From Gammaproteobacteria bacterium (GTDB lineage Bacteria > Pseudomonadota > Gammaproteobacteria > JBCCGL01): a stretch of 64,000 nucleotides of DNA. Made by a program: the position numbers and the translations under genes. Each line of letters begins with the position of its first letter. The first letter of the stretch is position 1. Below the pieces are notes generated by a model, which ran no database searches, was not told the origin of the DNA, and saw nothing but the letters and a program-made list of their open reading frames with translations. Of the stretch, positions 63,608 through 64,000 are shown one piece after another. The DNA lies in NCBI GenBank assembly GCA_965277715.1, contig OZ255836.1, positions 2,336,001 to 2,400,000 on the forward strand, given 5' to 3'.

Positions 63608-64000
63608 TCAACCGAGTTGCGTTGTCATTACCGTGTACATTTTTTCCGCCACAAGATCAAAATCCGGGTATCGTTGCCGAAGCTTATCCAACAGCGCCAG
63701 GTTGGCGGCAATCCCTTCTGCCACCTCTTCTTCGGCTTGATCCAATAGGGCTTCAGTCAATACACAGTGGCTACGACCAAATCGGCGTAACACCTTGCGT
63801 TTAGGCCACCGTTTAGAGCCTGTGAGGCTGAGCGCCATGATATCCGCCGGGATATAAGGCACAGTGCTCACTACATCAAATACCGGCGACAATTGACGGA
63901 CAGTGGCGGGCAACTCCCCCAGGCGGAAGCCCGTCAGGGTTTTATAGATCACACCAATATTTTTAAGGTGTGCATCACCATTGCGTAAACGCACATTGAG
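63608..64000 (-). CDS. HipA family kinase toxin, C-terminal part (continues beyond window)
   Basis: NGDAHLKN, LSPVFDVVST. Confidence 0.85.
   Translation of the reverse strand, partial: LNVRLRNGDAHLKNIGVIYKTLTGFRLGELPATVRQLSPVFDVVSTVPYIPADIMALSLTGSKRWPKRKVLRRFGRSHCVLTEALLDQAEEEVAEGIAANLALLDKLRQRYPDFDLVAEKMYTVMTTQLG

Overview
Chromosomal window from a gammaproteobacterium (inferred from gene content and order). It alternates core housekeeping blocks with three AT-richer accessory zones. (1) 1-18.0 kb, beyond the 3' end of yicC: a heavily IS-scarred Rhs polymorphic-toxin graveyard. It holds one truncated Rhs core with a lipase tip, orphan tips (LECT2-like M23 peptidase, HExxH peptidase, one unknown domain) and their ankyrin, SEL1-like or lipoprotein immunity candidates. 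It also holds ISL3, IS1111-type IS110, IS4, IS3 and RAYT elements or remnants, plus Fic and Uma2 genes, all bracketed by a ~150 bp direct repeat. (2) 18.2-27.8 kb core: yicC, DegT-type aminotransferase, rph, rdgB, M48 peptidase, pcm, tolC, isochorismatase, lpxL, waaA. (3) 27.9-40.7 kb: a fully minus-strand island and the most interesting part. In transcription order it carries GH108 lysozyme, 3TM holin, a coiled-coil membrane protein, a GGDEF cyclase, then aminotransferase (frameshifted), PLP decarboxylase, PaaK-like adenylating ligase and four divergent paralogs of an AidA/PixA-like protein. It ends with an OleA/FabH-like ketosynthase coupled to a 7TM-HTH membrane regulator. (4) 40.8-62.5 kb mostly core: degP-like protease, an OmpR-type two-component system, ntrYX, fmt, def, a LysM-less TsaP homolog, dprA, topA, tsaC, hemF, agmatinase, catalase. 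(5) vapBC and a partial hipA at the right edge. Two MITE families are scattered through the window. All assignments come from motif recognition by eye; no database search was run.
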